Shown in pieces: positions 12,114-24,159 of a DNA stretch of 64,000 nucleotides. The notes beneath the pieces were generated by a model. It was given only the letters and a program-made list of their open reading frames with translations, was not told the DNA's origin and did not search any database. Each line of letters opens with the position of its first letter. Position 1 is the first letter of the stretch. Source of the DNA: Flaccisagitta enflata (taxonomy: Eukaryota); the NCBI GenBank assembly GCA_965153355.1, contig OZ231126.1, positions 2,356,001 to 2,420,000 of the forward strand, given 5' to 3'. The position numbers were made by a program, and so were the translations under genes.

Positions 12114-13135
12114 TTAGGTTTCAAAAGGAAACTCAAAGATTAGCATGTGATCAGGGTGCTTGCTCCGCCCTGTATCAACAAACCCTCCGACACAAATTAG
12201 AGACACGGCAGTTTCATTCCTCATATCAAAGCACTGATGCTCTTTCAGTCCTCCTCCACTTCCGCTAAACTGAGTTGGAAGTGGTGCTTCTTCATTCCAT
12301 TCAGATTTGACGACGTCGTAAATCGCCGTTCGTTTGGAGATGTAAGGATTTTTGCCAGGTTGCCCGCCAACGAGGAAGAGTTGAGAATGAGAGACTCGAG
12401 TGAGGGAATGAAGCCTCAATCCATCTGGAATTCCCGAGTTTTTTATCTCGATCCACTCCATGCTTTTCATGTTTAGCATGTGGAAATCACTCAAATATCT
12501 AATGTACCACCCGCCATGTATGAATATGCGATGATCCAGTTGTGCGACGGCGAAATAACCGCGAGGCGATGGTCCAGATCCTTTGGTGGTGGGTCGCGTC
12601 CATGTCTTTGTGATTGTGTCAAACTTGAGTAGCTCGTTAGTGTAATCCCATGACCTGTCTTGCGGTTCGGCCAAACCGAAACAATAGAAATGTTCCTTGT
12701 ATGACCACGCTTTTGGCAAAGATAGTGGAGAGGGAATGTCGCCGGTGGGTAGAAGTCGTGTGAATTCTCCGGTGGCAGAGAGAGTGGAGATGGTGTTGAC
12801 AAGATTCCAGTTTTTTTTACTGCCCCCGAAGATGTAGATTTTGCCGTTGATGGTTGTAGAAGCGGCATATCTGTTACCAGGATGAACATCGCCAGTCGCC
12901 TGCATCCGCTTCCATCCGCTATCCGCGTCGCCGCTTTGACTGAGAGTGAAGGAGTAAACGACGTCGGTAGGGAGTGAGGCTTGCCATCTACTGTCTTCTT
13001 GACTCTGCTCCCCGCCCCAAAGAATGAGTTGATCATTGATGATGCCGCCGACGAAATCAACGCCGACAGGCCAACGAGTTGCGGTTGTCCAGTCTTTCTC
13101 AAATGTAGGGGGGGAGGAAACTCGCCGGTCGATAT
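12114..13135 (-). CDS. Terminal exon: six-blade Kelch beta-propeller
   Basis: The frame of ORF 12114-12905 stays open up to a pyrimidine-tract acceptor (ctctctgaccccattcag|AT, phase 1). Kelch GG motifs: LILWGG, IYIFGG, FYCFG, IFIHGG, LFLVGG, LICVGG, with W..x..G..PxxR linkers. Confidence 0.9.
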
Positions 13136-13144
13136 CTGAATGGG

Positions 13145-13208
<64 letters not shown>

Positions 13209-13812
13209 TAGTCATCCAAGGATCGTACATGGTCAGGGGTACCCGTTGCCCTGCTTGCAATGATCAAGTGGAGTAGTGGAGGGAGAGCAGGGCAGCGGCC
13301 CTAAAGGGGTGAGTTTCCAGACGTCCTGAAGGGGAGTTTATCAGGCCTAAGAAGACTGATGGAGGTTATTGAAGATGGATATGAGGTCTGGAGGGCAGAT
13401 GTTTGGCCTGAAACGCAAATTTGAGGTGAAAGGAGAGGAGGGGCAGGCTCAAAGCCTAAAGGGCAGATTTGAGGCCTGGAGAGCTGGATATAGGCCTGTA
13501 GGGGTAAATTGAGGTCTGGAGGGCAAATTGTAAGCCTGGAGGGCTGATTTGAGGACTGGAGGGCTAAATTGAGGCCTGGGAGAGCTGATATAGGAACATA
13601 TAGAGGGGGAACATATGGACGGATGGACAGACGGACGGATGGACAGAAGGATGGAAAGAAGGACGGACGTCTGGAAATTCACCCCTGTGTCCTACAGGAC
13701 ATCGGCCCTTTGGGGACGCTGCCCAAAAAGAAAGAGGGAGTGGGAGAGAGAGTGAAACAAACAGACATACAGACAGACAGAAACAGAGACAGACAGACAC
13801 AAAGAGAGACTA

Positions 13813-14590
13813 CAGTATGATTTTTCTCAACTGCAACAAAAGATGTGGACATTACGCAAAAACTAGACGAGCTAGCCAAATTCTGTAAGAAGCCCTTGAA
13901 AGATAAGAGTTTGCAGTTTTTTGCTGAAAGATTTGAAGGATTTTTTGGAAAAAAATATGATTTTCCTGATGTTTGTGCCATTATTAATGAAATTCTCCAT
14001 AGTTAAAAATTAAGGAAAATTGAAGCGATATTGGCTGAACTGTTTTTATTCAAATTGCTTTCATTTTTGAACGATTTAAGCTACAGATGCCAGATTGGTC
14101 TCAAATGAAAGATATTTTGAAGTAGTTTTTGGTTAAAACTTGACAGACATACTTTTTTTCAGTCTTGACTACATTTGGTGAATTGAAAGTCAATTCTGCA
14201 AAAAAATTTTCCAGAAAAAAACTAAAACATTTATGCCTGGCATGATAACTCTTTGAAAATATCTTTTTCTCTCTTTTGCTCCTTAAACAACATCAAAATA
14301 TGATTCATTTGAGACCAATCAGGGATCAGTAGCTCAAACCATTTAAGAGTAAGAGCATTCTAAAGGAAGGCAGTTCAACTAACATAATAATAAAATTGCC
14401 TTTTTTGCAGAATATGCCTTTTAATTCAAAATTTCTAAAAAGGAACAAATTAAAAGAATAAGTTCCTGGAATTTCCCAACAAAAAACTGCAAACTCTCAT
14501 CTTTCAAGGGCTTCTTTCAGAATTTGGCTAGCTCCTTTAGTTTTTGCGTTATATCCTAATCTTATGTTGCAGTTGAGGAAAATCATACTG
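13813..14590. mobile_element. Palindromic Tc1/mariner-type MITE (778 bp), intronic
   Basis: TA-CAGTATGATTTT...AAAATCATACTG-TA; inverted similarity continues through most of the element. Confidence 0.85.
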
Positions 14591-15514
14591 TATTGTTTTG
14601 GCAAGGATTGCCTAGACATTCTCCCAAATCTGATAAATCTATTCAAATTCATAAAAACAAGGCCGGAAACGTGGCTACCCTGGTTGCGTGGGGTGGGCAG
14701 GGGCAATGAAAGAGAAGGTCACCTGAGAATTTGGGCAGGGGCTGTGAGCTAAAAAAATTTCAAAAATGCCGAAAAAGTAAATACAGAAGGAAATCATTGT
14801 ATCGAAAGTCCGCCTCAAACATTTTTAAAGGTCCCGTCATTACCTCTTTAGTTTCTTTGTTAAAGAAAGTCGCCTTTAACGAACTGTGACTTACGAAAAA
14901 TCGCCCTTGAAGGGGCCTTTTCTAACGAATATTGATTCTATCAATGAATTGTAACGTTTTTTTCAAGGAGAAGAAAAAAGAAAGAGACAGAGGGAAAAAA
15001 AAGAGGAAAGAGGAAAGAAAGAAAGGAAACAAGTCATCCAAGGATCGCACATGGTCAGCGGTACCCGTTGCCCTGCTTGGAGAGATCAACCTTGGTTATG
15101 GATTGGAAGCAGGGCAGCAGCCCCAAAGGGCCGATGTCCTTCAAAACACAGGGGTGATCCGTTACGTCCCTCTGTGTCTGTTTGTCTGTCTAGAATTTTT
15201 GGCTTTGAGACTGAGATTTGGGACAACAGGCTAAAATTTGGGCCAACAGGCTAAAACTTGGGCTTGCAGGCTGAGATTTGGGCCGACAGACTGAGATTTG
15301 GGCCTTGAGGATGAGATTTGGGCCTCACTGCTGGAATTTTAGCTTAGCCCCTTGTCCTATCCCGAACTCTATCAGACCTATCCCTAGCTGTATTTAATCT
15401 AACCACACTTGAGAACGATAATGAATGAAATGATGAGGCGCGAGGAGCATGAATGATAAACGAGGTGAGTTTTCATGCGATTTCACCATCTGCGACCGTC
15501 AGACAGACAGAAAA

Positions 15515-15545
<31 letters not shown>

Positions 15546-15558
15546 GTGCCCCGTGTGT

Positions 15559-15774
<216 letters not shown>

Positions 15775-16412
15775 TATCAAAATATCCATATCAGACTAGG
15801 TCTTGCAAACGAAATTGTTTATTAATGTTCAAAAGATAGCTGGGGGGTTCCCTTCAGCTTCGTTAGGGAGATTTCTAACTGTAGTTGCAAAAGCGTTTGA
15901 CGGTCAGCGGTAGCCATGTCCTGCCTTAGTAGGTCGTGATTGAAGTTGGAGGGGGGAGCCGGGAAGGGGCCCCAAAAGGGGCCGATGCCCTATGCTTTTA
16001 CACATGAGGAATGGCGGTTGGAATTTTGACTGAGAATTAGGCCTTGGGGCAGTAATTTGGGCCTCAGGGATTGGGTTTGGGACTTGGGGATGGGATATAG
16101 CCCTTGGGACTGGATTTTGTTCTTGAGGCTGGGCATTAGGCTTTGAGGTTGGGTTTTGGGCCTTGAGGCTGGGGCTTGGGCCTCAGCGCTGGATTTTGTG
16201 AATGAGGTGAGAATTTAGGCTTTGAGGCTGGAATTTGGGCCTTGAAGCTGGGATTCTTGCCTCGAGGATGGGATTTAGTCTTTTAACACCTCTCACAGAA
16301 TTAAGCAAACTGGGATCAGAACTTCTCTATAATTACATTTACAGTTCAAAACAGGAGTCCAGGTAGATATTATCATAAAGATAATATCAAAACATGTAAT
16401 TTCCATGAGGGT

Positions 16413-16842
16413 TGTTGCGATGTGGCCTAGCTAGAATTTTGTGTCCTTTATAATAGATTTATCCAAAGTTCAACTTATGTTAAAAACATAGATGTCACTA
16501 TTTCATTCCAGTTTGTTTTACATTATATGAACCTTAATCTGCTTAAAGCTTCCATGATTTAATAACATTTAACACATTGTTCTTCGTATCTCCCAAATTG
16601 TATAAAAGTCTTTGTAACCATGGATGAGTCGACACTTAGGTTCTGTAAGTTATAACTAATGATAAATTACTGTCATTTGCCTACTCATGTGTAGTCTTAT
16701 AATGTTCATAAATGAAGAATTCCGCGCCATCCGAGCCTCATGCTACCTATCAGTTAAAATTTCCTAGAACTATCTAGGAAATTAGTAAATGATGTTCCTT
16801 TTGGAACAGGAAGTGTATTATGAAAAAGGGAGTATCGCAACA
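16413..16842. mobile_element. Solo LTR (Gypsy-like), intronic
   Basis: Inverted ends TGTTGCGAT / ATCGCAACA, exact 4-bp TSD GGGT, 430 bp, internal TATAAAA. Confidence 0.75.
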
Positions 16843-17481
16843 GGGTTCTACAAAAAAAAAAGTCCAAACTATGTCAACCAAGAGCTTCAAATGGCATCAT
16901 CAAATGATATCGTGGAAATTTTAGATTTAGTTTAGCTTCGAATTTGTTGCTAAAACCATTCTATTTGACAGGGGGTTTCATGACGTTCCGCAGCTGCCAC
17001 TGACTGTATCTCGGTACTTTTGACTCATTTTTGTCTGTCAGTGATGCAAGAACCTAAGGTCTGATGCTTTCTTGCATTTTTCATGGCAAAATTTAGGAAC
17101 GTTTATGTTGCCTCATCATCAAAAATTTCCACGTTAAAAACAATATCTTTCACTGCATTTTTGGCATATCGAATTCCAACAACCATGCATTTCCCTGGGT
17201 ACAAAATTTTGCCCCGGTTTGTGATAATACTATATTTTAGCTCTCTCAGTATCAAATTTCAGCCCACTGAGTGCACTACTTTTATCAATTTTGATCATTA
17301 TTCGAGTTCGCCTGATTATGTGAGAGGTGTTAGGCTAGAATTTGATACTGGGACTTACCCTTTAGGCTGTAATTTGGGCCTTGAAGATGGAATTTGGGCC
17401 CCGAGGCTGAGATTAGGGCCTTGAGGCAGCTATATGGGCTATGAGGCTAAGATTTGGGTCTCGGCGCCCAGGGGGGGATGT

Positions 17482-17870
17482 AGAAGAAGAAGAAGAGAAA
17501 GAAGAAGAAGAAGAAGAAGAAGAAGAAGAAGAAGAAGAAGAAGAAGAAGAAGAAGAAGAAGAAGAAGAAGAAGAAGAAGAAGAAGAAGAAGAAGAAGAAG
17601 AAGAAGAAGAAGAAGAAGAAGAAGCAGTAGGAGGAGGAGGAGGAGGAGGAAATTTCCCCAAATGTTAAAGAATAGGTTATCGGCCGCTGCCCAAAAGAAG
17701 AAGAAGAAGAAGAAGAAGAAGAAGAAGAAGAAGAAGAAGAAGAAGAAGAAGAAGAAGAAGAAGAAGAAGAAGAAGAAGAAGAAGAAGAAGAAGAAGCAGT
17801 AGGAGGAGGAGGAGGAGGAGGAGGAAATTTCCCCAAATGTTAAAGAATAGGTTATCGGCCGCTGCCCAAA
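17482..17870. repeat. (GAA)n arrays with a duplicated family-B terminus
   Basis: Two (GAA)n-(GGA)n-AAATTTCCCCAAATGTTAAAGAATAGGTTATCGGCCGCTGCCCAAAA units in tandem. Confidence 0.9.
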
Positions 17871-18028
17871 AGTGGACCAACCAACCAACCAACCGACCAA
17901 CCGACCAACCAACAAACCTATATTGCGGGGTATAGAGTCACGTAGCTCGCAACTAAGAACACCCAATTCATTTTCAGTTAGCCATGGTTATGATCATTAT
18001 GAGATTAGTTTCATTCTCTTTCGATTAC

Positions 18029-18139
18029 CATCACATAATGTTCCAATCCATCCTTGAGCACATTGGCAGGAAAAAGAATTGAATCCATCCGTGCAGTTTC
18101 CGCTGTTTTGACAGGGATTACTTTGACAATCGTCCACAC
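18029..18139 (-). CDS. Internal exon: calcium-binding (Notch-type) EGF repeat
   Basis: VDDCQSNPCQNSGNCTDGFNSFSCQCAQGWIGTLCD with six Cys; acceptor tctcctgttaatccag|GT, donor G|gtaatc; 111 nt, phase 1-1. Confidence 0.92.
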
Positions 18140-18480
18140 CTGGATTAACAGGAGAACTAGATATCTCGCTAGGATTTAAACAAGGCTGGGAGTCGGAACA
18201 AACCATCCCGGATACACGGTAGAAATGCAAAAAAAATAATCAAATGCTTTGCACCTGTGAGATACATCCTAATTCAATATATGCAATACTAAGGATACTA
18301 AGGATCCTCAAAAAAAAACAAAAAAAACGAGCCCAACAGGCCAACAGTCGCGTGCTCCGTTTTACGACTACACAAAACTCAAACATACATACTCAAATAT
18401 ACTCAATATATTCATTTGGCTCAGTCTTATTTTTCTCTGATTATGAGTGCATTCAATACACTGCTCTTGATTTAATCTAC

Positions 18481-18538
18481 CAAATAAAAAAATTGCAGTG
18501 GCTGAAGTCAAAAGCATGACGAAAAGTGACCAACGCAT
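18481..18538 (-). CDS. Possible alternative first coding exon: signal peptide / signal anchor
   Basis: MRWSLFVMLLTSATAIFLF plus G|gtagat (phase 1), in frame with the EGF exon; an acceptor (ttgttgattaccag) lies ~35 nt upstream. Confidence 0.5.
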
Positions 18539-18670
18539 ATGACATTTTTCCTCACGGCGATAGCCGCCATTACTGGTAATCAACAATAAACAACCAAAAA
18601 AAAAACTTATTTTACCTTCAAAAATCCAAAAAAGGCCAAAATTTAAAAAAGTTCGTAACCGACCTATCAT

Positions 18671-19054
18671 GAGGCCTGATTTTAGAGCAAGCCCGCGAGC
18701 CCGATGCTCTCTGTTTTGCTCTCGGGCTCTCATGTTTTGCTAGATCTGAGCCCGGCAGGCTCTCTCTCATTGAAATGCATTCAAAGTGCTCAGGTTGATT
18801 GAGTGAAATATTTGAAAAATCATCAAGCTTTGAGTCGTTTTTAGATTTTTTTCACAAATTGAAGCATCTTATTGCTGATTATTTCATCATTTCGTCAAAT
18901 ATTCACTAAGTGCTACTGCAAATCTAGGCCGAAATGATCATAAGATTTGACATAACATTTTTACCGGGCTCATGGTTTTCCTCTCGGGCTCAGTCAAATA
19001 GTGGGGAGCGAGCCCGACGGGCTCAGTCAAAAAAAATCACTAAAATCAGGCCTG
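18671..19054. mobile_element. hAT-like MITE inserted into a family-A copy
   Basis: TIR AGGCCTGATTTTAG / CTAAAATCAGGCCT, repeated GAGCCCG/CGGGCTC subterminal motifs; TSD not clean. Confidence 0.6.
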
Positions 19055-19148
19055 CCGGGCTATCAACCTACCGACCGACAGAGCAAGGTGTAGAGTCGCG
19101 TGCACGCGACTAAAAAGAAGAAAGAATTGTACAGCATATTTTACTTAC

Positions 19149-22100
19149 TAAAAAGCTGTAACGTCCAAATCATGATAGTTATAACAATGATTCCAAGCGC
19201 TGAAAGAGAAACAAACTTCATGTGTCGACATACAGGGTTTTCTTGCTGAGAGCTTTCACCATTACCCATTCTTGGAACGCAAGGGAGACAACCGCATTCT
19301 TGTGACAAACATTCCGGGACGGCATTGACTTGTGGCACTTGATGTTCCTGACTCCCTGCGTCATGAATCATCATGCGTGAAGACGATTGCTCTGAAATGT
19401 CTTCAAGTTCATCAAGTTGGTACAAATTTTCTGTTTCATCTTCTTGTGCATTTGCTTTTGACAATTCTCGAGATTCTTTGTTTTGAAAGAAATTGGATGA
19501 ATCAAGAAAGAATTTGACAATTACTTCGTTATCATGCCTCCAGACTTGGGTTATGTCTCTCTGGAACCTGGTGCTATATGACCTGTCAATCAGCAATATT
19601 ATGGGACTTAAAATGATAGTCCTTTGCAGTGCTAATGACAAAGCCACTGGCTGAGGAGGATTTGGCCAAATGTTCACGGCGGAACTTTTTCCAAGACTCT
19701 GTTTTGCTAAGGATGAAACTTTTTCCAGAGAAATGGACATGGATACAGCATCAGGAAGATTTGGCAAGTACTGCTTGTTCATAGAGGATCCATCATGGTG
19801 TAAGATGCTAATCCTTTCGGATCCTTGAACATGATACATATCTCTGACATTTGAAACTATCTCAGATGTTTTGGTAGGGCGATTTCTTGAATCGCAGTGC
19901 ATGAACTGTATGGGGAGAAAGCCACAGACTGTAACTGGTGATAATGCGGTGTTGACAATGCATGTCAGAGAGGTCATGGCTCGAGACATGGCGAGCATAA
20001 GGTGGAAAGGGTTAGCAAAGCATGATGCCAGGTCGACAATTAAGACCAAGCATGGATACTGGCAACCGTTTATTTCAACAGGATCTCCAAAATCTATTTG
20101 ACAATTGGAACATTTTTGTGCAATTCTCTCCTGCAGATTTTCTGTGAATTTGGCACTCATAATGTATGACACCATAATTTTGCTTTTTCTTCTTGACATT
20201 TCTATCAGTTCCTTCTCACAGACAGTCAAGAATGTATTTCGCTCATTTGATTTATCCTCTAGAGCTACAACTCTTACATCATCATCTTGGTTTTCAATAA
20301 TTGATTCTGGAGACAAAATTCTATTGACTTCATGACCAGGAGCTGCTTCACCGAAAGACTGTAGGAAATGAGTGACTTGCTTGGAGCAGCGTAGATTTCC
20401 CGTCAGCGTTGCTGGTGTTAGATTGCCTCTTAGGATATGGAATGAAAATTTCACTTGTGATTGATCAGCTCGGAGGAAGGACCATTCTTTAGTGGGTGAA
20501 ATGTGAATTTGTTCATCCCAAAGAATCAAATCTGGCCAGGCTCGGTCCTTATGAAATCCATTCTCATCTTCTATCCGCAGTTGATTGGATGGACTGAATT
20601 GGTGATTCATCCATTCTCTCAGTTTCAAATGACCAGAAGGTATTACTATGAATAACTTTCCATCAGACTTGATCTTCAAGAACCGTTTAGCCATTTCAAT
20701 GAGAAGTAATGTTTTCCCACTTCCTGGGCAGCCATTCACCATCATTCGCACCGGTTGATTCTGATAAAGTGCATTGGTTACTTCATCCAGGATATTTTTT
20801 TGTTGTTTTGTCCACACAATGACACCTTTCTGACCCAGTTCTTGCATGGACAAACGCTCATGGAAGGGTAAGAGATTGATGCTCACCATATTCTGGAGAA
20901 TGTACAACTTGGCGGCGAAATGACGAAATGCTTGCCGCTGTTTTGTTGATGATAAGTGCATTATAGGTATCTTGATTGCTTGACGAAAAACCTTGAGATC
21001 CTCAGTTTGTAATGTATTTCTGAGAAAAATTCTTTGCATGACTCCCTGGGCCTTGCATCTTGGTTTTTCAATTTTGGAAATCTCTGCTCCAAGAATGATG
21101 TGGATATATTTGAAGCTGCACAATTTTGTTGATATGGGATGGATGCTGCTTGCAAGTTTCATTTTGTTTTGCAGTTGTCTATTGGTAATCTGTTTGCTGG
21201 GATGTTCGCTAATGGAAATCACAAATATCCCAACTGGCTCAAAAACCAAAACCATGTCAAATATCTGACTCCAAATATTTGACATCAACTCAACCCATTC
21301 CCTGGAGATAAGAGTGCTATCCTCTGGTATGGAAATATTCTTAAGACCATTGTGAAATGCTTCTGGCAAATGATTGGTCATCAGTGCAATTCTTCGTTGA
21401 CCATCATTGTCATTCTTGACAAAAGTGTTGAGATGTGTCTTCAAGTCATCAAAGATTGTTTGTTTGGCGCACAAGAACTCATAATTAACATCTTCTACAC
21501 ATCTTGCACTGGTAACAAGAGGAATTGAAATGGGGCACTGAATATCTGGCAAAACTTGCAATTTTCCTTTGGTCCAATCAGGATAGAAAGCTTCGATAGT
21601 GGTCACTACAGTTGGATCACTGAGAGATTTGCTGACCTCAGATCCAGGAATCCTCACTAACAGATCATGAGAGTGATCATCCTGAGCGACCATCCAGTCA
21701 CCTACAAAATGTTGGCAATTTTTGTTGAGCAGATCGTAATTTTCTTGATCCAAGTCAAGCACTCTTACAATAGCCTCAACATCAGCCAGTGTGTTGACTA
21801 AGCATGTCTCAAATCCGTCAAAGCCACATTCCTTGGAAGCCCCACGCTCCTTGCCAGATACATAGCACTTTAGCACCTCCACGCCTGATGATGACAAAGC
21901 ATCGCTGATGTCAAAATCATCATCATTGTCATCCGAGTATTGGCAAATTAGCCCTTGTGTGTCTCTCTCGAGTGATAGGACAGAAGTGTCGCCATTTTTC
22001 CAATCCATGAGTCTCAAGACGATAAACTCATGGAAGAGGCCATGATTTTCTGTGTGTGGGGCATTCCAGACTAATCCACCAATGCGTCCAAGTCGTTGCA

Positions 22101-22278
22101 ACGGGGATCTGATTCGGTGCCAGGCTATGATTTTTTTGTTTCTGACCAAAGTTTCAATTTTCCATCGCCAAAGTCGCTCATTTGGGGTGGAAAATTCGCT
22201 GCATGTCGAAAATTCATCACGATTGTGTTTATCGCGGTAGTAATTGCGGCGATACGTGTAGATTTGAAAACAAGCCAT
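19149..22278 (-). CDS. Large exon: permuted papain-like (PPPDE/LRAT-type) domain, degenerate NERD-like region, SF1 (Schlafen/UvrD-type) helicase and TM helix
   Basis: Open frame of >1040 codons; probable start AAAATGG (MACF) downstream of an acceptor near 22333. FHEFIVL (His 22030-22032) and YDLLNKNCQHF (Cys 21715-21717); IFDMVLVFEPVGIFVIS; Q-motif WTKQQ; Walker A GCPGSGKT (20710-20733); Walker B ILWDE; NLRCS; INGCQY; AMSRA; TM FVSLSALGIIVITIMIWTLQLF. Ends at donor A|GTAAGT (19148), or at stop 19141 if unspliced. Confidence 0.88.
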
Positions 22279-22671
22279 TTTGTAGCCTAAAAATGGCAAG
22301 TTTTTCCTTTTATTAACATACTTTGCTCTTCCCTGAAATGAGGGAAAACTAAGAGACAATGAATTAGCATCATTGCATCGCTTTTAGGTTGGAATTTCGC
22401 AAGAGGAACCTTGGCTACTCGGAAAACACATGAGATAGCAACTTGACTTTTTTTTTTGTAGCAGATGATTTGATGTGGTAAACTTTGGAAGAGTCAGAAT
22501 TGAATACATTTCACCCTCTTGAAAAAAAAACGGTTCAGCTAAAATTCGCGGGGTAAACAAATCAAAGGTAAGTGGAACTGGAAACGAAGTAGATTTCTGC
22601 GGCAAATTCTGAACAGGCGATGGGTTTTGAAACAAAGAATCAAAACTGCATGATCATCATGATCTTGCTTT

Positions 22672-22674
<3 letters not shown>

Positions 22675-22769
<95 letters not shown>

Positions 22770-22770
22770 T
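22675..22770. repeat. (CT)n microsatellite upstream of the helicase exon
   Basis: Direct observation. Confidence 0.95.
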
Positions 22771-24159
22771 CTTTTCCTATCTCAGAGAATTCAATGCCAT
22801 CTTCTGTACCCTCCTTAGAACATTTTGTTGAGCCAAGCTTCTATTTTGACTTCAGCTTTAAAGTTTTTCATTAGCTTACAGAATCACTATTCCAAGGCGG
22901 CTGGGCAGGGTCAGCGATGTAGCAACCGGGTGCATTGGTGCAGGCAAACTTTTAAGCACAAAAATTGTGTTTTAGTTATGATCATTTCCACTGAAGCACG
23001 ACGTCGTGCTTTAGTGGAATGAAGAATAACTAGTGCTCTTTGCAATTTGAGCTTCAGTGGATTTGGAAATAACTGATTTTGTCACAGTAGCTAAGATAGT
23101 CAAAATAATCTTTATTTACTTTTAACTGAAGAAATCATCTCCTTTCTTTTTACCTCTTACTATTTCTCTTCATCTAAGTACAGGGTGTTTCAAGTCAGTT
23201 GCAACATAAAGAATCGATTTGTCTCAGCTTCAGTTTCTAATTCCACTGAAATGAATCTTAGTGACCAATCAAAGAAAAACTGGATTGATTTTTTGTTTCA
23301 TTGCAATTTGAAAAGAGGTTAAGAGTCAATCCACTGAAGCACGAATTCCAATTCCAACGAAGTACGATGTTCTGCCTCAGTGGATCGGGCCTTACTGGCC
23401 TCATTTTCAGCTCAGAGTTAGTGATTCAGTGACTAGCTCGCATTGATGTGATCACCAAAATAGCCAAGTATGATCAATGTACCAATGGATCTATTGTGTC
23501 CTAAAGTCCACACGACTTGAAGTTTATTTCTAGTGCAAACAAGGTCAACACCTATTAGTCGCATGCGGGACAAAAATAACCATGCCAAAGAAAAAAATTG
23601 CACACATACCTAATCACTCTCTGTAAAGTAAACTATAGAAAATCAGTGACTGTTAGAAAGATATTCAAAAGTTCTTTAAAACTAGACCAAGCAGAATATT
23701 GTAACTTTTTTTGTTTCAAAATGACCACTAAATGAAGTTAATAACTCCACTTCCCTTAAAGTGAATTAATCAATCATCCAAATTTTCCTCTTTTTCCTAT
23801 GTATCAATGTAAGTACTGACCTAAATAAGAAAAAGAATTCATGAGGAATAAAAAAATTTGGAAAAATTTTTTTCATAATGGCGCCAAGCAGAAATTTGTA
23901 ACTTAATCCGTTTAGAAGCTATGATTAAATGAAAGTAACGTTAAATGGGATGTGCGAAAACGCTCTTTCTGGCAGTGAACAAAATTGACAATTTTACTTC
24001 ATATCATTGTAATTTCTAAAGTTTTTGAGCTACAACGCTCTGACACCACTCAATTGATAGCTTTTTGAAGCTCTTTAAAAAGCTCACTGATTTTTTATAT
24101 TTTCACCTCGAGGCATTGACAGCCTCTGGCCCGCCCAAATTTTGATATTTACCATTTTT

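Noticed and set aside
12491-13102. 203-aa ORF overlapping the Kelch ORF, suggesting a frameshift
   Set aside because: The Kelch frame itself stays open to the acceptor at 13135, so this is a shadow ORF.
19141-19220. Tail-anchored (MAVS-like) stand-alone helicase ending ...QLFSK*
   Set aside because: Not excluded as an intron-retained isoform, but the perfect in-phase GTAAGT donor and lack of a poly(A) signal favour splicing to the EGF exon.
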